DNA of 64,000 nt, taken from the NCBI GenBank assembly GCA_030390025.1, contig CM059433.1, forward strand, positions 12,774,001 through 12,838,000. The letters run 5' to 3'. The stretch comes from Squalus acanthias. Its lineage: Eukaryota. The notes under the pieces were generated by a model. The model made no database searches. It was not told where the DNA came from and was given only the letters and a program-made list of their open reading frames with translations. This document shows positions 25,441-37,214 of the stretch, piece after piece. A program made the position numbers and the translations under genes. How positions within the stretch are numbered: the first letter of the stretch is position 1; every line of letters begins with the position of its first letter.

Positions 25441-25545
25441 CTCTGTTTCTCTCTCTCTGTGTCTGTCTCTCTGTTTCTCTCTCTGTCTGTTTCTCTCTCT
25501 CTCTGTTTCTCTCGCTATCTCTCTGAGTCTGTTTCTCTCTCTGTC
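25077..25545. repeat. Compound (CT)n/(CTGT)n/(CTCG)n microsatellite
   Basis: Directly visible. Confidence 0.97.
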
Positions 25546-25677
25546 TTAAAAGTGTCAGAAACTAGAACCTCTCTCTCACAGGTGTAACCCATTAGCACTG
25601 ACCTTTTCTAACTGTCAACAAAAGCAGGTGGAGATAATTAGTTACCTTCTAAATCAACTAATTAGCATGAACAAAGA

Positions 25678-25862
25678 CTCTGTCTCTCTCTCCCTCCCCC
25701 TCCCTCCCTCTCTCTCTCTCTCTGTCTCACTAACTCTCTCTCTCTCTCCATCCCTCCCTCCTTCCCTCCCTCCCTCACTGTCTCTCTAGCTCTCGCTGTC
25801 TCTCTCTCTTTCCTGCTTTCAACGCTCCTCCCTCCCACTGTCTCTTTTTCTCTCTCTCTCCC
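25678..25862. repeat. (CT)n/(CCCT)n low-complexity tract
   Basis: Directly visible. Confidence 0.93.
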
Positions 25863-26789
25863 GCACAGACATAAGATTTTAATATATAATATAGATAGGT
25901 GACTAAGAAAGCAATTGCTTCGTCATTAATGTCTGTGCCAGTAGGGTGTATTTGGAAAGTAGGCTTATTATCATGGGAACGTGATCAAATTGGGCAATGG
26001 TAGCTGCTCCTTGTCAATGTATTTAATAAAGAAGATAATTCTCCAATATACCTTGTTTAGGTTCGAAACAAATTATCAATAGGGGGCAACGCATTGCGGG
26101 CTATGCTTTAATAATCCAGATCAAGGAAATGCATTATCGTGGCAGATAAAGAACACTGAAGCTTGTCGCTCTGGGGAGAAATGAGCGAGTAAACATTGCT
26201 TCTGAAAATAGCTGAATGATCGAGGTGGAAAGGAAGTGTCATAAAGCCTTGTGTAGAATTTTGAAGAGTTCTCACTAGGGCCATCCACCTCCACGAGAGC
26301 TCGTGATACTCTTTCAGATTGTCCCTTTTCCAGAATAAAACAACCATTCGCTCTGGAGGTGATGTTACATGGAAGCTGCATTTGTAAGAATGGCTGCTTT
26401 ATGGTAACTGCGAGACTAAGTAGATCAAGCTCACCAAGTGTCGAGGGAGTTTGCTATGTTTAATGAAGCAAGACCACATCCGCAGCCTCACTTTCTGGAT
26501 GATTATATTTGATTTTCCTCCATTTTCCCCCCCTGTATGAATTCTCAACATGCCACACACCTTTGTCATTATTACTGCTGTTATTCAGGAACTTCATCGT
26601 CTGTTTTCATTTCTCTCTTGCTTTGGTTTTCTCTATTCCTGTTGAGGAATGACCGTGCTGCACAATGTCACAGCTTAACAGCTGCCTTCTTTCAAAAATA
26701 AGAACATTTAGCTTTCTTTGCTTCTCTTCATAGCTCATTTTGATTTTAAAGATGTTAGCATTCTGGGAGCCTTCATTCAACATTTTCTG

Positions 26790-26875
26790 CTGTCAGCCCG
26801 TGGCTCAGTGGTCCTACCTCTTGCCTTTGAGTCATAAAGACTGTGGGCTCAAATCCTGCTCCAGAAGCTCGAGTT
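26790..26875 (+). mobile_element. Decayed tRNA-derived SINE head fragment
   Basis: TGTCAGCCCGTGGCTCAGTGG (A-box) ... GGGCTCAAATCC (B-box-like). Similar to the heads of the Deu-type SINEs at about 28700-28766 and 29850-29925. Confidence 0.6.
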
Positions 26876-27968
26876 TAAAGTCAGCGGGGAAGAAAATTGG
26901 GCAGCTGATTCACCATTGCCTGTTTTTCGCCCGACGATAAAAGTTAAAGTTACCCCCGTGGAGCTTCATTTTAAATAAACCACCAGCCCCTTGTATGTAT
27001 CCTGTTCTTTTTAATATGCTTGTAATACACTTTCAAGCAGCTAAAGGGTTTTTTTTTATAAAACTCTTTTTCATTAATTTTGGTACACTTCACATAATCT
27101 TGCTGCATGTGTCACCTTTCATTAAATCTGCAATGCGTGCATCTAAAATTGATGAAAGGCTAAATAAAAATTAATGAAACTCAAACAATAATCTAATGCC
27201 TAATTTAATATATAAGTAGAAAACACACAGGAAACTGTTGGCTCACTGATAACAAATGAGCCCTGTAACTGTACTTATGAGTTATCTGCGTGGTATCATT
27301 CCATGGTTTATTTTGCAGAGGCCAGCATTTGATAACAGGTTTCCTTTAAATAATAGACAGCTGCATTTATTACACTGAAGATATCAAGCTAATAACTCTA
27401 TCGTTTCCAGGACTATGCTTCTGAACTCATTTAAAGGCTGGAATAATATTCAATATCTTCCAATCCACTGGTATCACCCATGTGTCCTGTACCTGCTGTT
27501 TTTACTCTGATTTCTGTTTCATACCCTCGGGTGCGTTCCATCTGAGCTTGATCTATTACCAGCCTTCAGGTACTCCAGCTTCTTGTTTTCTTTTGCTCAC
27601 ATCAAGGTGAGGGATGCCACTGCGTGAGAACCAGACATTTTTCACTTTTTGCACCCAGGTGTCAGTGTCAAGAAGTGTCAGCTTAAGTGGGGAATGAATT
27701 AGATTGCTTTACCAGTGTGATATTTACATTTGCAACACCTTGTGGCCTTGCTGGAACTGCCAATTAGTACCAAATTATGAGCAATGCAATGCTGCAGACT
27801 CATTCCCACTTAGGGAATGTGTTGAAACTGCCCAGATTGAAATGGTTCATAAATCCTGACGGTACAAGTCCTGAGTAACTATACATCTTCCCGTTGTTTG
27901 TACAGAGTGGGAAGAGTTTTCTTACTGTCTTGCAGCTCAGCAAGCAATATCCCATTCTTAAATAACAA

Positions 27969-28176
27969 TGATGCGGAGATGCCGGTGTTGGACTGGGGTG
28001 GACAAAAGTGAGAAGTCGCACAACACCAGGTTATAGTCCAACAGCTTTATTTGAAATCACAAGCTGTTGGAGCGGCTGCTCCTTCGTTCACTTCACCTGA
28101 CGAAGGAGCAGCCGCTCCGAAAGCTTGTGATTTCAAATAAAGCTGTTGGACTATAACCTGGTGTTGTGCGACTTCT
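27969..28176. mobile_element. Penelope-like fold-back element (family P2): 77-bp inverted arms plus a 42-nt unpaired tail
   Basis: TAAATAACAA duplicated at 27959-68 and 28176-85. Arms 28011-28087 and 28100-28176 differ at 2 positions, with a 12-nt spacer. Confidence 0.8.
28093..28130 (+). ncRNA. Putative minimal type I hammerhead ribozyme
   Basis: UCAC CUGACGA A GGAGC-agcc-GCUCC GAAA GCUU GUGA. Stem I UCAC/GUGA, intact core, 5-bp stem II, palindromic AAGCUU in place of stem III. Confidence 0.75.
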
Positions 28177-28239
28177 AAATAACAACAGAAAAGGCTGGAA
28201 ACACTCAGCAGGTCAGGCAGCATCGAGGAGAGAGAAACA

Positions 28240-28277
28240 GAGTCAATGTTTCGGGTCAAGGACCCTTCGTCAGAAGA
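28240..28277 (-). ncRNA. Degenerate minimal hammerhead motif (family P1)
   Basis: Reverse complement reads CUGACGA A GGGUC-cuu-GACCC GAAAC AUU. Core and stem II are intact; the stem III palindrome and stem I are decayed. Confidence 0.55.
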
Positions 28278-28307
28278 GAGATTTTTAAGCAGGGGCAGGG
28301 AGGAAAG

Positions 28308-28766
28308 GAAAGAAAGACTTGCACTTATACAGCGCCATTCATGACCACCGGATGTCTCAAAGCGCTTAACAGCCAATGAAGTACTTTTGGAGTACAGTCA
28401 CAGTTGCAATGTGGGAAGCACGGCAGCCAATTTGCGCACATCAAGCTCCCACAAACAGCAATGTGATAATGACCAGATAATCAGTTTTTGTTATGTTGAT
28501 TGAGGGATAAATATTGGCCCCAGGACACCGGGGATAACTCCCCTGCTCTTCTTCGAAATAGTGCCATGGGATCTTTTACGTCCACCTGAGAGAGCAGACG
28601 GGGCCTTGATTTAACGTCTCATCTGAAAGACGGCACCTCCGACAGTGCAGCACTCCCTCAGCACTGCACTGGAGTGTCATCCTAGCTTTATGTGCTCAAG
28701 TCCCTGGAGTGGGAATTGAACCCACAACTCAGAAGCAAGTGTGCTACCCACTGAGCCACAGCTTTC
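28308..28766 (-). mobile_element. tRNA-derived Deu-type SINE (SacSINE1/AmnSINE1-like), full-length, nested in the Penelope-like element
   Basis: Head (rc) TGGCTCAGTGGGTAGCAC...GGGTTCAATTCCC. Central CAGTGCTGAGGGAGTGCTGCACTGTCGGAGGTGCCGTCTTTC. L2-like tail with (CTTT)n. GGGAGGAAAG on both flanks. Confidence 0.85.
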
Positions 28767-29469
28767 ACAGGGGAGGAAAGAACAAAGGAAAGGTCTGTGA
28801 TAGGCTGGAAGGCAGGAGAGATTGACTGACAAAAGGGATGATGGTGCAAGGCAAAATGAGAGGTAATGGGACAAGTTAAGAAACAAAAGATGACTCTAGA
28901 TGAGGTGTGAATGGCGAAGGCAGAATCATCAAAAGCTACCATGTGAGAAAACAAGGGGGGGAAAAAATAAAAAAATATAGGGGCCAAGGTTATAGTCTGA
29001 GATTGTTGAACTCGATGTTAAGTCCAGAAGGCTGTAAAGTGCCTAATCGAAAGATGAGATGCTGTTCCTCGAGCTTACGTTAAGCTTCATTGGAACAGTG
29101 TAAGAGGCCGAGGACGGAGAGATTAGAGTGGGAGTGGAGCGGAGAATTAAAGTGACAGGCGACCGGAAGCTCGGGGTCACCCTTGCGGAGATTCAGCATT
29201 TTCTGTTGTTATTTCAGATTTCCAGCATCCGCAGTATTTTGCTATTGTGATATCCCATTCTTGTTTGCACAGTGTAGATCAGATGTGATTAATATGTCTG
29301 GGAGCCGAATCTTTGCCAATTAAAAAAAAAGTTTTCTATCCCTACAGGGTGGAGATGGGTGGGCAACATCATGCTTGTTCCTTTTCAATATTTAGCAGTG
29401 ATGAACACAGCACAATTATCCACCACTGTCCAATTGTCTCTGCATCAGTCTGCAGTCAGTAGGACAGTG

Positions 29470-29925
29470 AAAGAAAGAAAGAGTTGCATTTATATAGCAT
29501 CTTTCACAACCTCAGGACATCCCAAAGCGCTTTAAAGCCAATGAAGTACTTTTGAAGTGTAGTCACTGTTGTAATGTAGGAAACGCGGCAGCCAATTTGC
29601 GCACAGCAAGCTCCCACAAACAGCAATGTGAAAATGAGCAGATAATCTGTTTTTTAATGATGTTGGTTAAGGTATAAATATTGGCCAGGACGCCAGGGAG
29701 AACTCCCCTTCTCTTTTTCAAATAGTAAGATGGGATCTTTTACGTCCTGCTGCGAGGGCAGTTTAACATCTCATCCAAACAGCATTTCCGACAGTGCGGC
29801 ACTCCCTCAGTACCGCACTGAAGTGTCAAACCTAGATGTTGTGCTCAAGTCTGCGGTGTGCGTTTTGAACCTACAACCTTCTGACTCAGAAGTGAGAGTG
29901 CTACCACTGAGCCAAGGCTGAGACC
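29470..29925 (-). mobile_element. Deu-type SINE, second copy
   Basis: Collinear with 28308-28766. (AAAG)n tail at the left end and A/B-box head at the right end. Confidence 0.85.
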
Positions 29926-29962
29926 GTTCCTATAAAGTCTCCTATAAAAGTGGCGTCAGCAG

Positions 29963-32330
29963 CATAGGAACATAAGAACAGGAGGAGGCCATTCAGCCCC
30001 TCGAGCCTGTTCCGCCATTCAATGAGATCATGGCTGATCTGCGACCTAACTCCATATACCCGCCTTTGGCCCATATCCCTTAATACCTTTGGCTAACAGA
30101 AAGCTATCAATCTCCGATTTAAAATTAACAATTGATCTAGCTTCAATTGCTGTTTGCGGAAGAGAGTTCCAAACTTCTACCACCCTTTGTCTGTAGAAGT
30201 GTTTCCTAATTTCACTCCTGAAAGGTCTGGCTCTAATATTTAGACTATGCCCCCTAGTCCCAGAATCCCCAACCAGTGGAAATAGTTTCTCTCTATTTAC
30301 CCTATCTGTTCCCCTTAATATCTTGATAACTTCGATCAGATCACCCCTTAGCCTTCTAAATTCTAGGGAATACAACCCTAATTTGTGTAATCTCTCCTCG
30401 TAACTTAACCCTTGAAGTCCGGGTATCATTCTGGTAAATCTACGCTGCACTCCCTCCAAGGTCAATATATCCTTCCTAAGGTGTGGTGCCCAGAACTGCT
30501 CACAGTACTCCAGGTGTGGTCTAACCAGGGTTTTGTACAGCTGCAGCATAACTTCTACCCCCTTGTACTCTAGTCCTCTAAATATAAAGGCCAGCATTCC
30601 ATTAGCCTTTTTGATTATTTTCTGTACCTGTTCCTGACATTTTAATGATGTATGTACCTGGGTCCCCAACTCTCTTTGGACCTCTACTATTTTTAGCCTT
30701 TCACCATTTAGAAAGCACTCTGTTCTATCCTTTTTAGGTCCAAAGTCCTCACATTTGCCTACCACCTACAGAGGTGCCGTCTTTCGGATGAGACGTTAAA
30801 CCGAGGCCCCGTCTGCTCCCTCAGGTGGATGTAAAAGATCCCATGGCACGATTTCGAAGAAGAGTTGGGGAGTTATCCCCGGTGCCCTGGCCAATATTTA
30901 TCCCTCAACCAACATAACAAAAACACATTATCTGGTCATTGCTGTTTGTGGGACCTTGCTGTGCGCAAATTGGCTGCCGTGTTTCCCACATTATAACAGT
31001 GACTCCACTTCAAAAATAAATGTACTTCATTGACTGTAAAGCGCTTTGAGACGTCCGGTGGTCGTGAAAGGCGCTATATAAATGCAAGTCTTTCTTCCTT
31101 TTACATTGAAATCCATTTGTCACAGTTTTGCCCATTCACTTAATCTGTCAATATCCCTTTGTAATTTTATGCTTCCATCTACACTGCCTACAATGCCGCC
31201 TATCTTTGTGTCATCGGCAAATTTGGATATATGACTTTCTATGCCATCATCTAAGTCGTTAATAAATAAGGTGAATAGTTGAGGCCCCAACACAGATCCC
31301 TGCGGGACACCACTAGTCACCTCCTGCAAATTTGAGTACCTACCTATTATCTCTACTCTCTGTCTCCTGCCGCTCAGCCAATTTCCTAACCAGGTCAATA
31401 ATTTGCCCTCAATTCCGTGAGCTTCTACCTTAGTTAACAGTCTCTTATGTGGGACTGTATCAAATGCCTTCTGGAAGTCCATATAAATAACATCCATAGA
31501 CATTCCCCTGTCCACTACTTTAGTCACCTCCTCAAAAAATTCAATCAGGTTTGTCAGGCATGACCTACCTTTCACAAATCCCTGCTGGCTCTCTCTGAAC
31601 AACTGAAAATTTGCGAGGTGTTTAGTCACCCTATCCTTAATTATAGACTCTAGCAATTTCCCGACAACAGATGTTAGGCTAACTGGTCTATAATTCCCTG
31701 GTTTCCCTCACTCGCCATTCTTAAATAGCAGAGTGACATGCGCAATTTTCCAATTTAAGGGAACGGTTTCTGAATTGAGAGAACTTTGAAGATTATAGTT
31801 AGGGCATCTGCAATGTGCTCACCTACTTCCTTTAAAACCGTGGGATGGAAACCATCTGGTCCTGGGGATTTGTCACTCTTTAGTGCCATTATTTTCTTCG
31901 TTACTGTTATTTTACTTACATTAATTTTATTAAGTCCTTGTCCCTGATTCAGTATAAGTTTCCTTGGGATTTCTGGCATGCTATCCTCTTCCTCTACTGT
32001 AAATACTGATGCAAAGTAATTATTCAACATGTCCGCCATTTCTTTATTATCATTGACAATATCACCACTTTCAGTTTTTAAGGGGCCAACATTGCTCCTG
32101 ACTACCCTCTTTTTCCTAATATAATTGTAAAAATGCTTTGTGTTGATTTTGATAGCCCTTGCAAGTTTCTTTTCATACTCCCTTTTTGTAGCTCTTACTA
32201 TCTGTTTTGTGACACTTTGTTATTCTTTGTATCTTTCCCATTTGCCGGGATCTGTGCTATTTTTTGCATTTTTGTACGCTTTTTATTTTAGCTTTATGCT
32301 GTCCCTTACCTCTTTAGTCGTACATGGCAG
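29963..32330 (-). mobile_element. CR1 LINE (different subfamily), ORF2 3' part, interrupted by a SINE
   Basis: ORFs 31755-32039, 31120-31656 (GVPQGSVLGP, ISKFADDTK) and 30046-30765. Tail at 29963. Confidence 0.93.
30768..31101 (+). mobile_element. 5'-truncated Deu-type SINE inside CR1
   Basis: GAGGTGCCGTCTTTCGGATGAGACGTTAAACCG ... GGCGCTATATAAATGCAAGTCTTTC. It splits the CR1 sequence CACATTTGCCTAC|ATTGAAATCC. Confidence 0.85.
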
Positions 32331-32547
32331 GTTTTTTTTGGCTCTTGCTCTCAGGGGGTATAAACTGGAGAACAATATTGACTAATGATTTAGACATTAT
32401 TTCAGTTGAAAAATGTTTACCAAATATTGGACAACATTACTGGTCCAGTTTCAAGCACAGTCATATATTTATCATGGCAACACAAAGAGCCTTTTTGTGG
32501 TTGGAACTTTGCATTCTAGTTCATGCAACTGATTCCTGAAATACATC

Positions 32548-34298
32548 AGGCTGGAATTTTCCGGCGGGGTCAGTGGGCAGAATCGGTGGCAGGTCGGGTG
32601 GGAAATGTGATTTTTTTTGACAACGGTTCGGGATCCCACTGTCAACCCCCCACAACACGCCTTTCCCGATGTCGGGTCTGTCAGCGCTGAGCAGGCGACC
32701 CAATTAAACTCATTAGCATCTAGTTGACAGATCATTAACAGGCTTTTTTAACTTACCTTTTCACTTTAACTTCATGGCCATGGGAACCATGCTGTTCGGG
32801 GACCATGGCTGTCAATCTGAGGCGGGAGTTCAGTGGCCATTGTTCCAGCTGATTACTTGACAGCTTCAAATGTACAGTAAAAGCTCCCACCTGACAGATC
32901 ATCACTTTCCTCAGCCACAAGCTGTTTCTCAGTCCATTTCCAGCACAGATTCTGCAGGCTTTCCACTTTCCACTCTCCATCCACTCTTACCTCATTGGAA
33001 GAACTCTCTCACCATTGACAGAATGTTTCTGTCATCTCTACTTCACCTGCCATCTATTCCATCACCATGGGTGCACTTTATACTCTCTCACCTTGGTCCT
33101 TAGAATCCGACCATGATCAGCCCCAACACCAGCAGCACCAGGCACACCAGCAGAACCAACAACAACACCAAGAACCTTCTCCGCAATCACCTGATGCTGC
33201 ACAGGACAGAGGGCATCAGCACCCGAGCACACTGCTGCCCGGGAGGCCAGGGATGGCCTCACAATGGCCAGATTTACTTCACTTGACGCTGTACACCCTA
33301 GCTGCCACTTGATGCACCAGGTTGGCACCACCCCACACCAACACCATAAAGTATCCCTACAATGCCCAAGCCATTCCTTTCACACTCAGCACCATCGCGG
33401 GGGGAACAGTTATATCTCACCATTCACTGCAACTCACTAAGCCACTTCCAATGGTGCACACAAATCTGTCCAAGACCGGAAAGTGTTGAAAATAAAGATT
33501 TCAATGTTTGACAGCACATTAATACAAACTTTACATGGACATTGGATAAAAGACCCAAGTGGCCACCCTTGTGTGTTGTTAGTTGCTTTAATTGCACTCG
33601 GATGAGGGTGAGTGTGAGGGGTAGCTAGTGAGATGGGGATGTGATAGTGTAGAAAGAGAGAGAGAGGGATGGGTGGATGTGCAAGGTAAGTTGATGTGAG
33701 TAAGGATGTGGAGGAGTAGGGTAGGGAAGGCAGAGTGATGGGGATGTGATGAGAGGCACAGCAGGATGAGGTTGAGTGCGGCTCTGTACTAATGTTTCGT
33801 GATCTAATGAGATCATTGAAAGGTTTGCGCTACTGCACCCAGGTCTTCCTGACGACATCCCTGCTTGTGCCCTCCTCTGCAATGTGCAACCAGGCTGTGT
33901 TGGTCTCCTGTGGAGGTCTCTTCTGCCCATAGGAAAGGAAGAGGACCGCCTTGCGTGTTGTGACTCCCTCCATAAGCATATGGAGGGAGTCATGGGAGAG
34001 CCTGGGTGCAGCCCTGCACCTTTGTGCAGTGATTGTCAGTGTTTGCAGCACCTCAATGCTGTAGAACACTGACAGCACAAAAGTCAAAAGTAAGTTGGCC
34101 ATGGTCCCTTTAAGGAAACCAGCTGATGACTCGTCATCAAATGACGTCGCCAGACCCGCTTCCTCTAATTGGCCCGGGAAACGCGCTGGGCGGGCTTAAC
34201 AAGCCCGATCAACGGAAAACCATTTTTCAGAGCGGGCTGGAGCGGGACCCGTCACCAATGTCACCCGCCCGGACCCGCCGAGGTAAGGAATCTCGGCC
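32548..34298 (-). mobile_element. Non-autonomous Harbinger-type element with Myb/SANT-like segment, second copy
   Basis: Inverted homolog of 1584-3370. TSD ATC (32545-47, 34299-301). Ends AGGCTGGAATTTTCC / GGAATCTCGGCC. ORF 33830-34102(-) reads APRLSHDSLHMLMEGV...AWLHIAEE...RKTWVQ*. Confidence 0.85.
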
Positions 34299-34824
34299 AT
34301 CTATTCTGCATCATTCCCAAAATCTATACCATTGTATCAGTCTGGAAAGCCTCCGTGCTGTACTGCTACTGATTCCCATGCTGGTTCTGGTGACAATCCC
34401 CAGCACAGCCTGCCTCTTGCATGTAAATTCCCCTGAGATCTAAATCTTTGGGGGCATCTCTGGGGTGAGTAAAACTCTGCCCACCGGAGAGGCCCTCCAA
34501 TCGTAAAGCCTGGGCCACTGTGTCTAACATGGTATAATGTTTCTATCCTTATAAAGGAGAATACCCTTTGATCTACCATGAGTCGTGATCTGGGAGATCT
34601 CCCAGTTTAGATTAAAGTTCTTTGATCCCCCACAAAATCATTTTCAGTTCGGACTAATCACAATCATTCTGCCTCACTAAAAAGTGTGGGTTTCAAGAAA
34701 AGGCATTGGTTATGATGATCGAAATTCCAACCATTTGGCGCACTGCCAGAAGTGCATGGGGATGGAATTTCCACCTCCTGCTTTGACCCTGCCATGACCC
34801 CATCCCACCGAACCTACTCAAGAT

Positions 34825-34963
34825 CAACGTTCCCTCTAAGCTGCGCAGCCCCGGGACCGGCTTTCTCAATGTTAAATTTCGTGCACGCTCAAAACTGTGA
34901 ATGGGCTGCGCAGGCCGCGTGCCCCACCCCCCCCACTAAAAAATAAATTGGGGGGCAACATTG
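34825..34963. mobile_element. Short hAT-like MITE (139 bp)
   Basis: Ends CAACGTTCCCTCTAA / TTGGGGGGCAACATTG. The 8-bp flanks CTCAAGAT / CTCATGAC match at 6/8; an 8-bp TSD is typical of hAT. Confidence 0.6.
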
Positions 34964-35235
34964 CTCATGACGTATCTGGTAGGATTCCCACAGAAGCCCA
35001 GGAACGGTCTCAGAAATGCCTCAAAACGTCAGTCAGGACACAGGGCTGTGTGGGTGCAAGAAGGGCCCACTCCTCCCTTAATCAGAATAATCTGTTCCAG
35101 CACTAAAGGAGCAGAAATCCTGGTCCCACACCAATTTCTACCTGTTGTCTTAGAATCACTCCAACTCCTTCAAAATAAGATCTCATCCGACTTCAAATAA
35201 TTGATTACTTTTTCAGTTTTTCAATTTGCTGTCCA

Positions 35236-35533
35236 TATAGAATCATAGAATCATAGAAGATAGGAGCAGGAGTAGGCCATTCGGCCCCTCGAGCCTGCTC
35301 CGCCATTCAATGAGATCATGGCTGATCATCCAAATTCAGTACCCTGTCCCTGCCTTCTCCCCATATCCCTTGATCCCTTTAGCCTTAAGAAATATATATA
35401 ACTCCTTCTTGAATATATTTAATGAATTGGCCTCAACTGCCTTCTGTGGTAGAGAACTCCACAGGTTCACCACTCTTTGGGCGAAGAAATTCCTCCTCAT
35501 CTCTGTCCTAAATGGCTTACCCCTTATCCTTAT
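35236..35533 (-). mobile_element. CR1 3' fragment
   Basis: (ATAGAATC)n tail, 3'UTR, and reverse-strand RNFFAQRVVNLWSSLP. Confidence 0.9.
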
Positions 35534-36122
35534 CTGTCTCGTGATAGTGACAGATAATGACAGATTTAAACCCTGCTCATTAAATTCAGTACTTGTTGAA
35601 TTGTGGGATTTTATGACTGAGAACCAAAGGGTTGATTTTAACCTTACTCGGCTGGTGGGTGCATAGGAACATAGGAACTGCTAGACGAAGAAAAGACCGA
35701 GGTCCATCTGGTTCGTCTGCTACCATCCTGGCAGTCGCACGATACACCAGTAATGGAATTGTTGGCTAATCATCGCAATCTCTATCAATACATTTCCAAC
35801 AAATTGATCAGTTGTTAAGATGGTGGGGGGTGGGGGAGTGGTTGAGCCAAGTCCTGTAGCGTTCTCGCCACTCCCCATCCCACATCCCCCTCCACCCCCA
35901 CCACCCCCATCCTCTTAACTTACCTCAGATCGGGCACAGGAGGGCCACCCACCCCAGGGAGGCGGGGGTCTACTTTACATGGAAAAGTCAGGGCCCGATG
36001 ATGTAATCGGCACCACGGCCCCATTTTAACTTCATATCGTGGGAGGCTGGCACGACACCAAACCCGTCAGTTACACCTGGCAGGAGGCAACAGAGAGGCC
36101 AGAACAGGACAAGGTAAGTATT

Positions 36123-36221
36123 ATAAATAAAACAGAAAATGCTGGAAATGCTCAGCAGGTCAGGCAGCATCTGCGGAGAATGAAACAGAGTTAACGTCTC
36201 AGGTCAATGAGCTGTCGTCAG
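36123..36221 (-). mobile_element. Solo Penelope-like P1 terminal fragment with a decayed hammerhead core
   Basis: AAACAGAAAATGCTGGAAATGCTCAGCAGGTCAGGCAGCATC... matches 52435-52534. The rc core reads CUGACGA..GAGAC GUU (GAAA mutated). Confidence 0.7.
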
Positions 36222-37214
36222 CATGTCTTTAACATGCAAATACCCAAAATAGCTGTCTTCAACTCCATCTGGGAGCTGAACATGAACATCAGTCTGAAAA
36301 AAGAAGCTTGATGCTCATAAGAGTATATGGATTTCAGTCCAGAAAATCTGCATCTGTAGTAGATTAAAGGAAAGACAGTTTAAATTAATTTTCCATATTT
36401 ACTATGTACCAGTGTTGTCGCAAAGTCCCAGCTCAATATTCCCTCTTTATCTGAGTATCAAGTGCAAAGGAAGAAATTTCACCTATTTTAAAAGTGTCTA
36501 ATTGCCTAATCCAAAAGCTAAACATGCAGACGCCAGCCCTGGAAACTTTATTTTTCCTGTTTGGAATCCCCAACAGCTCTCCCCAGACCCCTGTGCAGTT
36601 ACTGTACTATGCATTGTTACAATAACTGTCAAGGAACTTATAGCTCTCAAGTGAAGGATTCTTGACCTGGCCAGCAAATCAGCCTGCCTCAAAACTGTTA
36701 GGAAAAATTCCCACTGGATTACTAAATTACAGTTAAACAAATCTGCTCATTCAGACGGAAACCTGGCATCTTTTGCAGTATTTGGTCTCCATTCCGAATC
36801 TCCCACAATTCAATTTAACAAATTGAGTGATATCCCATCACATCTTGCCTATGTTTATGTCCCTCAGTCAGGCAGCACTGCCCTACCTAGTGACAATAAG
36901 GCTTGAGAATTTTCTGATAAAAATACGTCAGGGGCAATTTTTTTTTGCTTTTAATATTAAAATAATTTGCCTTGGAATCTTCCATGCCATCTAAATGCCT
37001 TCATGTTATGTCAGATCTGCGACACTGAGCAAATCCCCAAGTCTGAGAGTTTCAATTAAAAATCTGTCCTGGTACAAGTTGTCTTCAGCTGTATCCTCTT
37101 GTTATACTCCCTGATGTTCAAAAATGTCTGTGTTGAATTTTGCCAGCTTAGGTGCTCCCATTTGGCATCCAGGCCAGTGGTGATGCTGATCTCAGGGATT
37201 CCACTGAACTATCG

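Larger units (their letters stand above)
27960..29249. mobile_element. Penelope-like element remnant (family P1) with partially inverted ends, hosting two nested insertions
   Basis: 13-bp TSD ATATCCCATTCTT (27947-59, 29250-62). Left end AAATAACAACAGAAAAGGCTG is inverted relative to the right end CAGCATTTTCTGTTGTTATTT, which also has an extra tail of about 35 nt. Same family as 52400-52944. Contains a hammerhead-like core. Confidence 0.78.

Noticed and set aside
25034..25587. Ser/Leu-rich ORFs
   Set aside because: Translation of a CT microsatellite.
26108..26385. Possible host exon (ORFs 26108-26347 and 26121-26381; AG/GT sites on +)
   Set aside because: No recognisable protein similarity and no consistent splice pair with an open frame that I can support.
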